From: Rhodobacterales bacterium
Lineage (GTDB): Bacteria > Pseudomonadota > Alphaproteobacteria > Rhodobacterales > Rhodobacteraceae
NCBI GenBank assembly: GCA_031430315.1
Contig: JANPBI010000139.1
Coordinates: forward strand, 1-62,564
Length of the DNA: 62,564 nt
Direction of reading: 5' to 3'
Of the stretch, positions 37,884 through 46,345 are shown one piece after another. The position numbers and the translations under genes are program-made. Under the pieces are notes generated by a model, which was not told where the DNA came from, did no database searches, and was given only the letters and a program-made list of their open reading frames with translations. The stretch's first letter is position 1, and every line of letters starts with the position of its first letter.

Positions 37884-39728
37884 ATGTTCCGCTTTTTTGA
37901 AAATCTCGTCGATCCCTATCAACCCTATGTTGAGAGCGACACCCCTCCGACGCGCCTCTGGCCGTTCCTGAAGGAGTATGTCCGGCCGTTCAGGGGCGTG
38001 TTTGCGGTGACGGCCCTGTTTTCGGTCGGCAATGCCGTGCTTGACGTCGGGATGATCTGGTATCTCGGTCGCCTCGTCGACCTTATGGGCGGGCAATCGC
38101 CCGAGGCATTCTTTGCTGCGCATTGGGTCGAGATCCTCATCGTCGCCATCGTCATTCTGCTGGTCCGGCCCCTTGTGGCGGGCGGTTCGGTCGGATTGTT
38201 GCACAACACGATCCTGACCAACTTTGGCACGATGATGCGCTGGCGGGCGCACCGGCATGTTCTGCGCCAGCCCGTCGGCTGGTTCGAAAGCGATTTTGCC
38301 GGACGGATCGCCAACCGCATCATGCAGGCCCCGCCCGCAGCAGGCGACGCCGTGTTTCAGGTCTTTGACATGGCGGCATTCGCTGCTGCCACGTTTATTG
38401 GTGCGCTTTTGATGTTGGCCGGATCAGATCCGCGCCTGATGATCCCTTTGCTTATCTGGGCGGTTGCATACTTTGCACTCATGCGCTGGACAATCCGCCG
38501 CGCCGGACCTGCCTCGACCGCCTCATCCGAGGCGCGTTCGGCTGTTACCGGTCGGGTGGTCGACAGCTACACCAACATCCACTCGGTCAAACTCTTCGCG
38601 CATCAAGACGCCGAGGTGAACTATGCCAAAGAAGCGATCGAGAAGGCACGCCAGACCTTCCAGACGGAAATGCGCATCGTCACCAAGATGGACATGGCAC
38701 TGACCTTCATCAACGGGCTGATGATCCTCGGGGTTGGCGGCCTGGCGATGTGGTTTTGGGTGCAGGGCACGGCTACTGTCGGCGTTGTCGCGGCTGCGGT
38801 GGCGCTGGTTCTGCGCATCCATTCGATGACCTACTGGATCATGTGGGCCTCGACCAACCTGGTGCAGAACCTTGGCACGCTCGCCGAAGGGATGGAGACG
38901 ATTGCCCAGCCGATCACTCTGGTCGATGCCAAGGGCGCGCCGCCGCTCGCCTTTACCAAAGGTCTGATTCAGATCGAGAATATCTCGCATCACTATGGGC
39001 GCGGTTCTGGCGGCTTGCAAAACCTGTCCCTGACCGTGCAACCGGGTGAACGTATCGGCATTGTTGGCAGGTCCGGCGCGGGGAAATCGACCTTGGTCAA
39101 GCTGATGCTGCGATTTTACGACACTGAGTCCGGGCGTATCCTGATCGATGGACAGGACATCGCGCATGTGACTCAGGATTCGCTCCGTCGCCAGATCGGC
39201 ATGGTCCAGCAAGACAGCAGCCTGATGCACCGGTCGGTTCGCGACAACATCCTTTACGGCCGTCCAGAGGCAAGCGAGGACGAGATGGTCGCCGCAGCCA
39301 AACAGGCCGAGGCGCATGACTTCATCCTGACGCTGGAAGACCCAGCCGGTCGGCAGGGCTATGGCGCCCATGTCGGCGAACGTGGCGTGAAACTGTCCGG
39401 CGGCCAACGCCAGCGGGTAGCTTTGGCGCGCGTGATCCTGAAGGACGCGCCGATCCTGATCCTCGACGAGGCCACAAGTGCCCTGGACAGCGAGGCCGAG
39501 GCGCTGATCCAGGATGCGCTATATGGGGTGATGAAGGGCAAGACGGTCGTGGCCATTGCGCACCGGCTGTCCACCATCGCAGCGATGGACCGCATCGTGG
39601 TGCTGGAGGACGGCCAGATCGCCGAACAGGGCACGCATGGCCAGCTTTTGGCGCAGAACGGGCTATATGCTCGGTTCTGGGCGCGTCAGTCGGGCGGGTT
39701 CATCGGATTGGAGGAAGCCGCCGAATGA
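37884..39728 (+). CDS. ABC transporter permease/ATPase half-transporter (exporter type)
   Basis: 614 aa from the ATG at 37884. Six-TM domain plus an NBD with Walker A GRSGAGKST, signature LSGGQRQR and Walker B ILILDEATS. Confidence 0.9.
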   Translation: MFRFFENLVDPYQPYVESDTPPTRLWPFLKEYVRPFRGVFAVTALFSVGNAVLDVGMIWYLGRLVDLMGGQSPEAFFAAHWVEILIVAIVILLVRPLVAGGSVGLLHNTILTNFGTMMRWRAHRHVLRQPVGWFESDFAGRIANRIMQAPPAAGDAVFQVFDMAAFAAATFIGALLMLAGSDPRLMIPLLIWAVAYFALMRWTIRRAGPASTASSEARSAVTGRVVDSYTNIHSVKLFAHQDAEVNYAKEAIEKARQTFQTEMRIVTKMDMALTFINGLMILGVGGLAMWFWVQGTATVGVVAAAVALVLRIHSMTYWIMWASTNLVQNLGTLAEGMETIAQPITLVDAKGAPPLAFTKGLIQIENISHHYGRGSGGLQNLSLTVQPGERIGIVGRSGAGKSTLVKLMLRFYDTESGRILIDGQDIAHVTQDSLRRQIGMVQQDSSLMHRSVRDNILYGRPEASEDEMVAAAKQAEAHDFILTLEDPAGRQGYGAHVGERGVKLSGGQRQRVALARVILKDAPILILDEATSALDSEAEALIQDALYGVMKGKTVVAIAHRLSTIAAMDRIVVLEDGQIAEQGTHGQLLAQNGLYARFWARQSGGFIGLEEAAE

Positions 39729-41575
39729 CGGTCTTTTCGCGGCTAGGCGACAGCATCGACGCCTTTCGCCCTGCCGAAGGTCCGCCGCCGCAGATCCTGT
39801 GGCCCTTCATGCGCTGGTCGCTGAAGGGGTCGTGGGTGATGCTCTGGATCGCTGGGATCATCTCGTCCATCGCGGGGGCGACCGAGGTCGTCTCAGCTGT
39901 GATTCTAGGCTGGGTAATCGACGCCGCGTTGTCGTCGGGGCCGGATCGTTTCTTTACCGATCATTTGAGTCTGCTGATCTGGTTCACTGTGTTCTATCTG
40001 ATCCTGCGGCCTTTTGCGTTCGGCATATCGTCGGCCTCAAACGCCGTCGTTATCGGCCCGAACGTCCTGCCACTGGTCCTGTCACGTCTGCACCGCTGGA
40101 CATTGGGGCAGGCGATCACCTTTTTTGACAACGACTTTGCCGGACGCATCGCCACCAAGCAGATGCAGGCCGCCCGCGCCGTGACCGATGTCGCAACCGA
40201 GGTGATCAACACCGTCTGTTTCGCATTGGCCTCGGTCATAGGGTCGGTGGTGTTTCTCGTCGCTATCGATGCGCGGATCGCGCTGGCTTTGCTGGTATGG
40301 CTGGTCGCCTATATCGCGCTGATCCGGTTCTTCATGCCGCGAGTGCGGGTCAATTCGGCAGCTCGGGCGGCCTCGCGGGCGATGGTGACGGGGCAGGTCG
40401 TCGACACCATCACCAACATCAAGACCGTCAAGCTGTTCGCCCATGCCGCGTTCGAGGACAAGGTTGCCTTGAAGGCGATGGAGGTTTTCCGCCTTCGCAG
40501 TGTCGAATTCGGCGAGATTTCGACGTGGTTCCGACTGTCGCTGATGACGCTGGCGGGGGTACTTCCGATCCTGCTGATCGGGGGCACCCTGATGCTGTGG
40601 GAGCAAGGGTTGGCAACAGCTGGTGCCATCGCGGCATCAGGTGCCATAGCCATGCGGATCGCGCAGATGTCGGGCTGGGTCAGCTTTACGCTGATGTCGA
40701 TCTACACCTCGATCGGCGAAGTCGAGGATGGGATGAAAACCCTGTCAGTGCCCCATACACTTGCCGATACACCTGATGCGATCACCCTGCCGCCAGTAAA
40801 GGGCGAGGTGCGTTTTGATGGTGCATCCTTTGCTTACGGACGCAAACGGGGCGGCGTGGCGGATATCAACCTGACGATCGCACCGGGTGAAAAGCTGGGC
40901 ATCGTGGGGGCATCCGGGGCGGGGAAATCCTCGCTCGTGTCGCTGTTGCTGCGGCTTTATGACACTGAAAGCGGGCGCATCCTGATCGACGGGCATGATG
41001 TCCGTGACGTGACGCAAGAATCCCTGCGTAGCCAGATCGGCATGGTCACGCAGGAAACCGCGATGTTCAACCGGTCGGCCCGCGACAACATCGCCTATGG
41101 CCGCCCGGATGCCAGTGACGAAGAGATCATCGCGGCGGCGCAGGCGGCCGAGGCGGATGCGTTCATCAGCCAGATGATCGACCACAACGGGCGCAAGGCT
41201 TACGACGCCTATCTGGGCGAACGCGGTGTGAAACTGTCCGGTGGCCAGCGTCAACGGATCGCGCTTGCACGCGCGTTCCTGAAAGACGCGCCGATCCTTG
41301 TGTTGGACGAAGCGACGAGCGCCCTCGACAGCGAGGTTGAGGCCAGCATCCAGGATGCCCTCTCGCGCGTCATGGTCGGCAAGACGGTGCTGGCCATTGC
41401 GCACCGGCTGTCCACAATTGCTGCGATGGATCGCATAATCGTAATGGAAGAGGGCCGCATCGTCGAGACGGGTAGCCATGCTGAACTCTTGGCGCGCAAT
41501 GGTCTTTACGCGCGGTACTGGAACCGCCAGTCGGGTGGCTTCATCGGGGTTGAAGACCAGCAGGCCGCTGAGTGA
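39725..41575 (+). CDS. ABC transporter permease/ATPase half-transporter (paralogous partner)
   Basis: 616 aa with GASGAGKSS, LSGGQRQR and ILVLDEATS. Overlaps the upstream paralogue (ATGA), which suggests a heterodimeric exporter. Confidence 0.9.
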   Translation: MTVFSRLGDSIDAFRPAEGPPPQILWPFMRWSLKGSWVMLWIAGIISSIAGATEVVSAVILGWVIDAALSSGPDRFFTDHLSLLIWFTVFYLILRPFAFGISSASNAVVIGPNVLPLVLSRLHRWTLGQAITFFDNDFAGRIATKQMQAARAVTDVATEVINTVCFALASVIGSVVFLVAIDARIALALLVWLVAYIALIRFFMPRVRVNSAARAASRAMVTGQVVDTITNIKTVKLFAHAAFEDKVALKAMEVFRLRSVEFGEISTWFRLSLMTLAGVLPILLIGGTLMLWEQGLATAGAIAASGAIAMRIAQMSGWVSFTLMSIYTSIGEVEDGMKTLSVPHTLADTPDAITLPPVKGEVRFDGASFAYGRKRGGVADINLTIAPGEKLGIVGASGAGKSSLVSLLLRLYDTESGRILIDGHDVRDVTQESLRSQIGMVTQETAMFNRSARDNIAYGRPDASDEEIIAAAQAAEADAFISQMIDHNGRKAYDAYLGERGVKLSGGQRQRIALARAFLKDAPILVLDEATSALDSEVEASIQDALSRVMVGKTVLAIAHRLSTIAAMDRIIVMEEGRIVETGSHAELLARNGLYARYWNRQSGGFIGVEDQQAAE

Positions 41576-42798
41576 GGTTTACCATCGACCGTCTGGGCCA
41601 TCATGGCGACGGTATCATAATCGGCGAGACCGGGCCGATCTATGCCTCTGGCCTTTTGCCTGGTGAGGTGGCGACGGGCAATCTGGACGGCGACCGGCTG
41701 ACCGACATCCGGATTGAGACGCCTTCACCGCTGCGGGTGAAACCGCCCTGTCCCCATGCACGCACCTGTGGGGGATGCCTGATGCAGCACGCCGCCGACC
41801 CGTTTGTCGCCGAATGGAAAGAGGGGATCGTGCGCGGCGCTTTGGCGGGGCAGGGGCTGACCGCACCATTCCGTCCGATGGTCACCTCTCCCCCCCGATC
41901 CCGCCGCCGTGCAACCTTTGCTGGGCGGAAAACCAAAGGCGGCGCTTTGGTCGGGTTCCATGCTCGCGCGTCGGACATGCTGATACCCGTGCCACAGTGT
42001 CAGTTGCTCCATCCCGACTTGACGGCGACCTTGCCGGGGCTTGAGGCACTGGTGCAGCTCGGCGGCTCTCGCACGACCGAAGTACAACTGACCGTGACCC
42101 GCGCACTGGGCGGTGCGGATGTCGCTGTCATGGGCGGCAAGTCGTTGGATGCCGAGGCACAGATGCAGATGGCGCGACTATGCGAAACGCACGGACTGGC
42201 CCGCCTGACCTGGAATGGCGAAACCGTCGCGCTGCGTGCCCAACCGATGCAGCGGTTTGGCCGGGCGCTTGTCGCCACGCCGCCCGGGGCATTCCTGCAA
42301 GCGACCGCCGAGGGCGAAGCGGCACTGGTGCAAGCCGTGTCGCTGGCAATCGGTCCGTCGCGAAAGATTGCCGACCTGTTCGCCGGGTGCGGCACCTTTG
42401 CCCTGGCTTTGGCCGACAAGGCCGAAGTGCATGCTGTGGAGTCCGACCCAGCGATGACGGCTGCGCTGGAAAAGTCCGCGCGCAATACTGAAGGGCTGCG
42501 GAAGATAACGGTTTCCACGCGCGATCTCTTTCGTCGCCCGCTGGAACCGGATGAGTTGAAGGATCTTGACGCCGTCGTGATCGATCCGCCGCGTGCCGGG
42601 GCTGAGGCGCAGGTCGAACGGCTCGCTGTGGCGGGCGTTCCAGTAATTGCGATGGTTTCGTGCAATCCGGTGACCTTTGCCCGCGATACTCGGATTCTTC
42701 TGGCGACCGGATACCAGCTTGATTGGGTCCAGGTGATCGATCAGTTTCGCTGGTCCTCTCATGTCGAACTTGTGGCGCGACTTTCCCACGCCAGTTGA
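41572..42798 (+). CDS. Class I SAM-dependent RNA (uracil-5) methyltransferase, RumA/TrmA-like
   Basis: 408 aa with a GTG start overlapping the ABC stop (GTGA). Fe-S cysteine cluster CPHARTCGGCLMQH, SAM motif DLFAGCGTFAL, DPPRAG and the C-terminal nucleophile region VSCNP. Confidence 0.8.
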   Translation: MRFTIDRLGHHGDGIIIGETGPIYASGLLPGEVATGNLDGDRLTDIRIETPSPLRVKPPCPHARTCGGCLMQHAADPFVAEWKEGIVRGALAGQGLTAPFRPMVTSPPRSRRRATFAGRKTKGGALVGFHARASDMLIPVPQCQLLHPDLTATLPGLEALVQLGGSRTTEVQLTVTRALGGADVAVMGGKSLDAEAQMQMARLCETHGLARLTWNGETVALRAQPMQRFGRALVATPPGAFLQATAEGEAALVQAVSLAIGPSRKIADLFAGCGTFALALADKAEVHAVESDPAMTAALEKSARNTEGLRKITVSTRDLFRRPLEPDELKDLDAVVIDPPRAGAEAQVERLAVAGVPVIAMVSCNPVTFARDTRILLATGYQLDWVQVIDQFRWSSHVELVARLSHAS

Positions 42799-42882
42799 CG
42801 GCGAGTTGAGCGGAAAATCCGTTGCAACGCTGGTCAGCCGCGATCGGTTCCGCTAAGCAAGAAAAAAATATCGAGCAATCCC

Positions 42883-43374
42883 ATGCGAATGATCCGAATT
42901 CTGCTGATCCTGGCGTTGTTTGCGACGCTGTCGGCCTGCGGTTCCAAGTTCAAGACCTATAACGGTCCCGCCATCACCTCGGTTCAGGTCCACAAGTCCG
43001 CCCGAAAAATGTATTTGCTGCACGAGACACAGGTGCTCAAGGCATATGATGTCGGTTTGGGCTTTGCGCCCGTGGGGCACAAAGAGTTCGAAGGCGACGG
43101 CAAGACGCCCGAAGGGGCCTACGTGATCAACCGCCGCAACCCCAATTCCGAATATCACCTGTCGATCGGAATCTCCTATCCCAATGACGCCGACCGAGCC
43201 TATGCAGAATCCATCGACAAGGAACCGGGTGGCGACATTTTCATCCACGGCGCGCCGAACCGCAAAGTCAGCCCAAGGGACTGGACGCTGGGCTGCATCG
43301 CCGTGACGGACCGCGAGATGGAAGACATCTATGCGATGGTGCGCGACGGCACGCCGATCTTCATCTATCCGTGA
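42883..43374 (+). CDS. YafK/DpaA-like L,D-transpeptidase-fold lipoprotein
   Basis: 163 aa with lipobox LSAC. GDGKTPEGAYVINRRNPNSEYHLSIGISYPNDADRAYA, IFIHG and WTLGCIAV are collinear with E. coli YafK as I remember it. Confidence 0.75.
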   Translation: MRMIRILLILALFATLSACGSKFKTYNGPAITSVQVHKSARKMYLLHETQVLKAYDVGLGFAPVGHKEFEGDGKTPEGAYVINRRNPNSEYHLSIGISYPNDADRAYAESIDKEPGGDIFIHGAPNRKVSPRDWTLGCIAVTDREMEDIYAMVRDGTPIFIYP

Positions 43375-43384
43375 CGGAGGCGGT

Positions 43385-43897
43385 CTATCCGCCCGTCACC
43401 ATCGTCCACCAAATCTTGCCGTTACCTTCCTGGAACCAGGCAAAACCGATGTCGCGCGCGGCAGGATCCATGATCACGGCGCGGGTGTCTGACTGACCTG
43501 ACCACGCGGCGAGGGTTTCCAGTTCTGTTTGAAAAGTCTCGGAAATCAGTTCGCCCAAGAGATTGCCTGGATATCCGGCCCGCTGGACCCGGACCAGCGG
43601 CGACGAGCCGTCCGAGCCAAAGTGCCAGGGCCGGTTTTGCACCGACATGTCTCGAGCATGGGTGGCGGCGGCTGCATTCAACTGGGCGTTCAAGGCCACT
43701 GGTGCCACGCCCTTTGCCCGGCGCAATGCGTTAACAGAATCAAGCAGATGGAAGGGGATTTTGGCCGCGACATCGGGGGTGATCCGGTACACCTGCGGAG
43801 CAGGTTTCCCAGAGGCATCCAGTCGGGGTGGAGCTGCAGTTGCGCAAGCCGCCAGCACGATCACCGGGGCAAAGGCGACAAAGTTTCTTCTGTTCAT
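43385..43897 (-). CDS. CAP/SCP/PR-1 domain protein, exported
   Basis: 170 aa from the ATG at 43897. Signal/lipobox VIVLAAC and CAP-like LLDSVNALRRAKGVAPVALNAQLNAAAATHARDM. The ORF-track start at 44071 is an extension. Confidence 0.75.
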   Translation of the reverse strand: MNRRNFVAFAPVIVLAACATAAPPRLDASGKPAPQVYRITPDVAAKIPFHLLDSVNALRRAKGVAPVALNAQLNAAAATHARDMSVQNRPWHFGSDGSSPLVRVQRAGYPGNLLGELISETFQTELETLAAWSGQSDTRAVIMDPAARDIGFAWFQEGNGKIWWTMVTGG

Positions 43898-44097
43898 TTG
43901 AGTCTCTTTGGGGTTCTGGCGGCCATGTCCGGACCTTGGGCATATGCCCTCCTTAGCGAAACCTGCCCAAAGGTTCAAATCCCCGGTGGCATCTTTCTGC
44001 CCGGCATGTTTCTGCACTGTGACACCGCTGTGATTTGCGCCTTTCCGCACATAGTTGTAATGACCGCGCAAAGAATAACCCGCAAGGAGCAGCCCAG

Positions 44098-44706
44098 ATG
44101 TCCGTCACCCAGCCCCCGCGCAGCCTGAACCGTCGCAATGTGCTGGCCGGCGGCGCTGCCTTGGCAGTATCGGCGGTAGCCCTGCCAGCCTTTTCCCAAG
44201 AGGGCACGACCGAGTTCATTCCCCCCGCCACCGGGGGCGTCAACAACAACTTTTCCAGTTTCCGAATGCTGGAATGGCAGAACTATTTCGACAACACGCG
44301 CAATGGCGCGATCCTGGTCGACATCACGTCGCGGGCTTTGCATTACTGGTCCGAAGACCAGTCGATCTACAAGCTTTACCCGACCTCGGTACCCCTTTCC
44401 GAAGACCTGACCCGGCGCGGAAGGACCCAAGTCGTGCAAAAGGTCGAAAACCCGCAATGGCGCCCGACAGATGCCATGAAGGCCCGGCATCCAGAGTGGC
44501 CGGACGTCGTAGAAGGCGGCGCGCCGGATAACCCGTTGGGGGTGCGTGCGCTGTATCTGTCTTGGACATATTACCGAATTCACGGCACTCACGACACGCG
44601 CAAAATCGGACGGCGGTCATCGAATGGATGCGTGGGCCTCTACAATGAGCATATCCTCGAATTGTACGGGCTTGCACAAGTTGGTACGCAAGTGTTGCTA
44701 ATTTGA
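44098..44706 (+). CDS. L,D-transpeptidase (YkuD domain) with Tat-type signal
   Basis: 202 aa from the ATG at 44098 (AAGGAG RBS). Tat-like RRNVLAGGAALAVSAVALPAFSQ and the YkuD active-site region YRIHGTHDTRKIGRRSSNGCVGL. Confidence 0.85.
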   Translation: MSVTQPPRSLNRRNVLAGGAALAVSAVALPAFSQEGTTEFIPPATGGVNNNFSSFRMLEWQNYFDNTRNGAILVDITSRALHYWSEDQSIYKLYPTSVPLSEDLTRRGRTQVVQKVENPQWRPTDAMKARHPEWPDVVEGGAPDNPLGVRALYLSWTYYRIHGTHDTRKIGRRSSNGCVGLYNEHILELYGLAQVGTQVLLI

Positions 44707-44854
44707 CGACACGCTTGCGGCATAGGCCTTTTTATCAATTGCGGCCATTGCGACTCCGGTCCCTTGACGTGTAAGCACGTAAGTATGAACACCCGCAAAT
44801 AACTGCAGCGTTCATCCTCAACAGACTTACGCTGTGCTCACACTGGAGAAGATC

Positions 44855-45034
44855 ATGAAGAAACTCGTACTCGCTGCCGCCGTTTCGTTCGCTGCAACCA
44901 CCGCTTTCGCTGGCGGCATGGAAGAGCCGGTAATGGAAGAAGCAGTTGTTGCTGCTGAAACCTCGTCCTCGTCGGGCGGCATCGTTGTCGCTCTGCTGCT
45001 CCTGCTCGTGATCGCAGCGGCTGCTTCGAACTAA
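44855..45034 (+). CDS. 59-aa exported peptide: signal peptide, acidic/Ser-rich spacer, C-terminal hydrophobic tail
   Basis: MKKLVLAAAVSFAATTAFAGG-MEEPVMEEAVVAAETSSSSGG-IVVALLLLLVIAAAASN. GGAG lies 8 nt upstream of the ATG and a strong terminator follows directly. Coding status is inferred, not proven. Confidence 0.55.
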   Translation: MKKLVLAAAVSFAATTAFAGGMEEPVMEEAVVAAETSSSSGGIVVALLLLLVIAAAASN

Positions 45035-45054
45035 TTCAGGCCACTGGCTTGCGG

Positions 45055-45090
45055 AAAAGGCGATGGGAAACCATCGCCTTTTTTGTTTTT
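45055..45090. terminator. Bidirectional Rho-independent terminator between the small-peptide gene and hemH
   Basis: AAAAGGCGATGG-GAAA-CCATCGCCTTTT, a 12-bp stem including the A/U pairs, followed by TTGTTTTT on the plus strand. An A-tract on the other side lets it also work for the convergent hemH. Confidence 0.75.
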
Positions 45091-45169
45091 AGTTATGAGG
45101 TTGGTCTGAATTGCGGCGGGCTAGATTCTAGCGCACATGCCCACTTGTGGACCGACAGTGGGGTCCGGA

Positions 45170-46288
45170 TCAGCCTATCCAGCCGGCCAGATTTTCCGTG
45201 ATGATCTGCGACAGGGCCGCCACATGCGGCGCGTCATCGTTCAGGCACGGAATGTAGGTAAAGACCTCGCCCCCTGCATGTTCGAACGCTTCGCGAATCT
45301 CGCCGTTGATCTCTTCCAGCGTTTCGATGCAATCGGCCGAGAATGCGGGTGCCATGACGGCGATTCGCGTCTTGCCCGCCTTGGCCAGCGCAGCCACATG
45401 TTCAACCGTATAGGGTTTGAGCCATTCTTCGGGGCCAAAGACGGACTGGAACGTCGTGTCGATGGCACCTTTGTCCCAACCTAGCCGTTCCCGCAGCAGA
45501 CGCGATGTCTTGGCGCATTGGCAGTGATAAGGATCGCCCTCCATCAGATAGCGCTTGGGCATGCCATGGTAACTTGCCACCAGCACGTCCGGCTTGTGGT
45601 CGAGTTTGGCATAGGCGCGTTCCACCGACTGGGCCAAGGCATCGATATAGGCAGGATGCTCAAAATACTCGGGCACGGTCCGCACTGAAGGCTGGCGCTT
45701 TTCCCTCAGCATGGCGCGAAAGAACTCATCATTCGCGGTGGCTGAAGTCGCTCCTGCATAGTGCGGGTACAGAGGAAAAAACAGCACCTTTTCGCAGCCC
45801 GCCTCGACCATGGCGCGCACCTTGGACGCGGTCGAGGGATTGCCGTAGCGCATGCAGAAATCAACGATCACGTCATCGCCATACCGGTCTGCCAGTGCGG
45901 CTGCGATCTTTGCGGTTTGGTCCTTGGTGATGGTCAGAAGCGGACTTTCGTTCTTTTCGTGGTTCCAGATCAGCTTGTAGTTCGCACCCGACGAAAACGG
46001 ACGTTTGGACAGGATGACCAACTGCAATAGCGGCTGCCAAAGCCAGCTGGAATAATCGACAACACGCTTGTCAGACAGAAACTCGTTCAGATAGCGGCGC
46101 ATGGACCAATAGTCGTAGTTGTCGGGCGTGCCCAAGTTGGCCAAAAGGACGCCGATGCGGGCCCGTTTGACGCGCGGATGATCCGGGGTTGCGTGGATGA
46201 GGCGACCCTCACCCGGCCCATAGGTGTCAGGAATTGGGTCGATACGATCAGCGGGCGCGGATCTTCCTGGCTTGAGCTTGGTGTCCAA
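45170..46288 (-). CDS. hemH: Ferrochelatase
   Basis: 372 aa with IGVLLANLGTPD near the N-terminus and a typical ferrochelatase core. The only in-frame start upstream of that motif is the TTG at 46288, giving an N-terminal extension of about 45 aa. Confidence 0.9.
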   Translation of the reverse strand: MDTKLKPGRSAPADRIDPIPDTYGPGEGRLIHATPDHPRVKRARIGVLLANLGTPDNYDYWSMRRYLNEFLSDKRVVDYSSWLWQPLLQLVILSKRPFSSGANYKLIWNHEKNESPLLTITKDQTAKIAAALADRYGDDVIVDFCMRYGNPSTASKVRAMVEAGCEKVLFFPLYPHYAGATSATANDEFFRAMLREKRQPSVRTVPEYFEHPAYIDALAQSVERAYAKLDHKPDVLVASYHGMPKRYLMEGDPYHCQCAKTSRLLRERLGWDKGAIDTTFQSVFGPEEWLKPYTVEHVAALAKAGKTRIAVMAPAFSADCIETLEEINGEIREAFEHAGGEVFTYIPCLNDDAPHVAALSQIITENLAGWIG

Positions 46289-46345
46289 CTTCCAGTGGTC
46301 CTTGCGAATACGTCCCAGCGGGACATAACCGGATCGACGGCAGGG

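Noticed and set aside
44855-45034. Classifying the 59-aa peptide as a PEP-CTERM, VPEID-CTERM or GlyGly-CTERM sorting substrate
   Set aside because: The Ser-rich, then GG, then hydrophobic layout is reminiscent of those tags. However, the terminal basic cluster and the signature motifs are absent, and no exosortase or rhombosortase gene is in the window. It is kept only as an unexplained small ORF.
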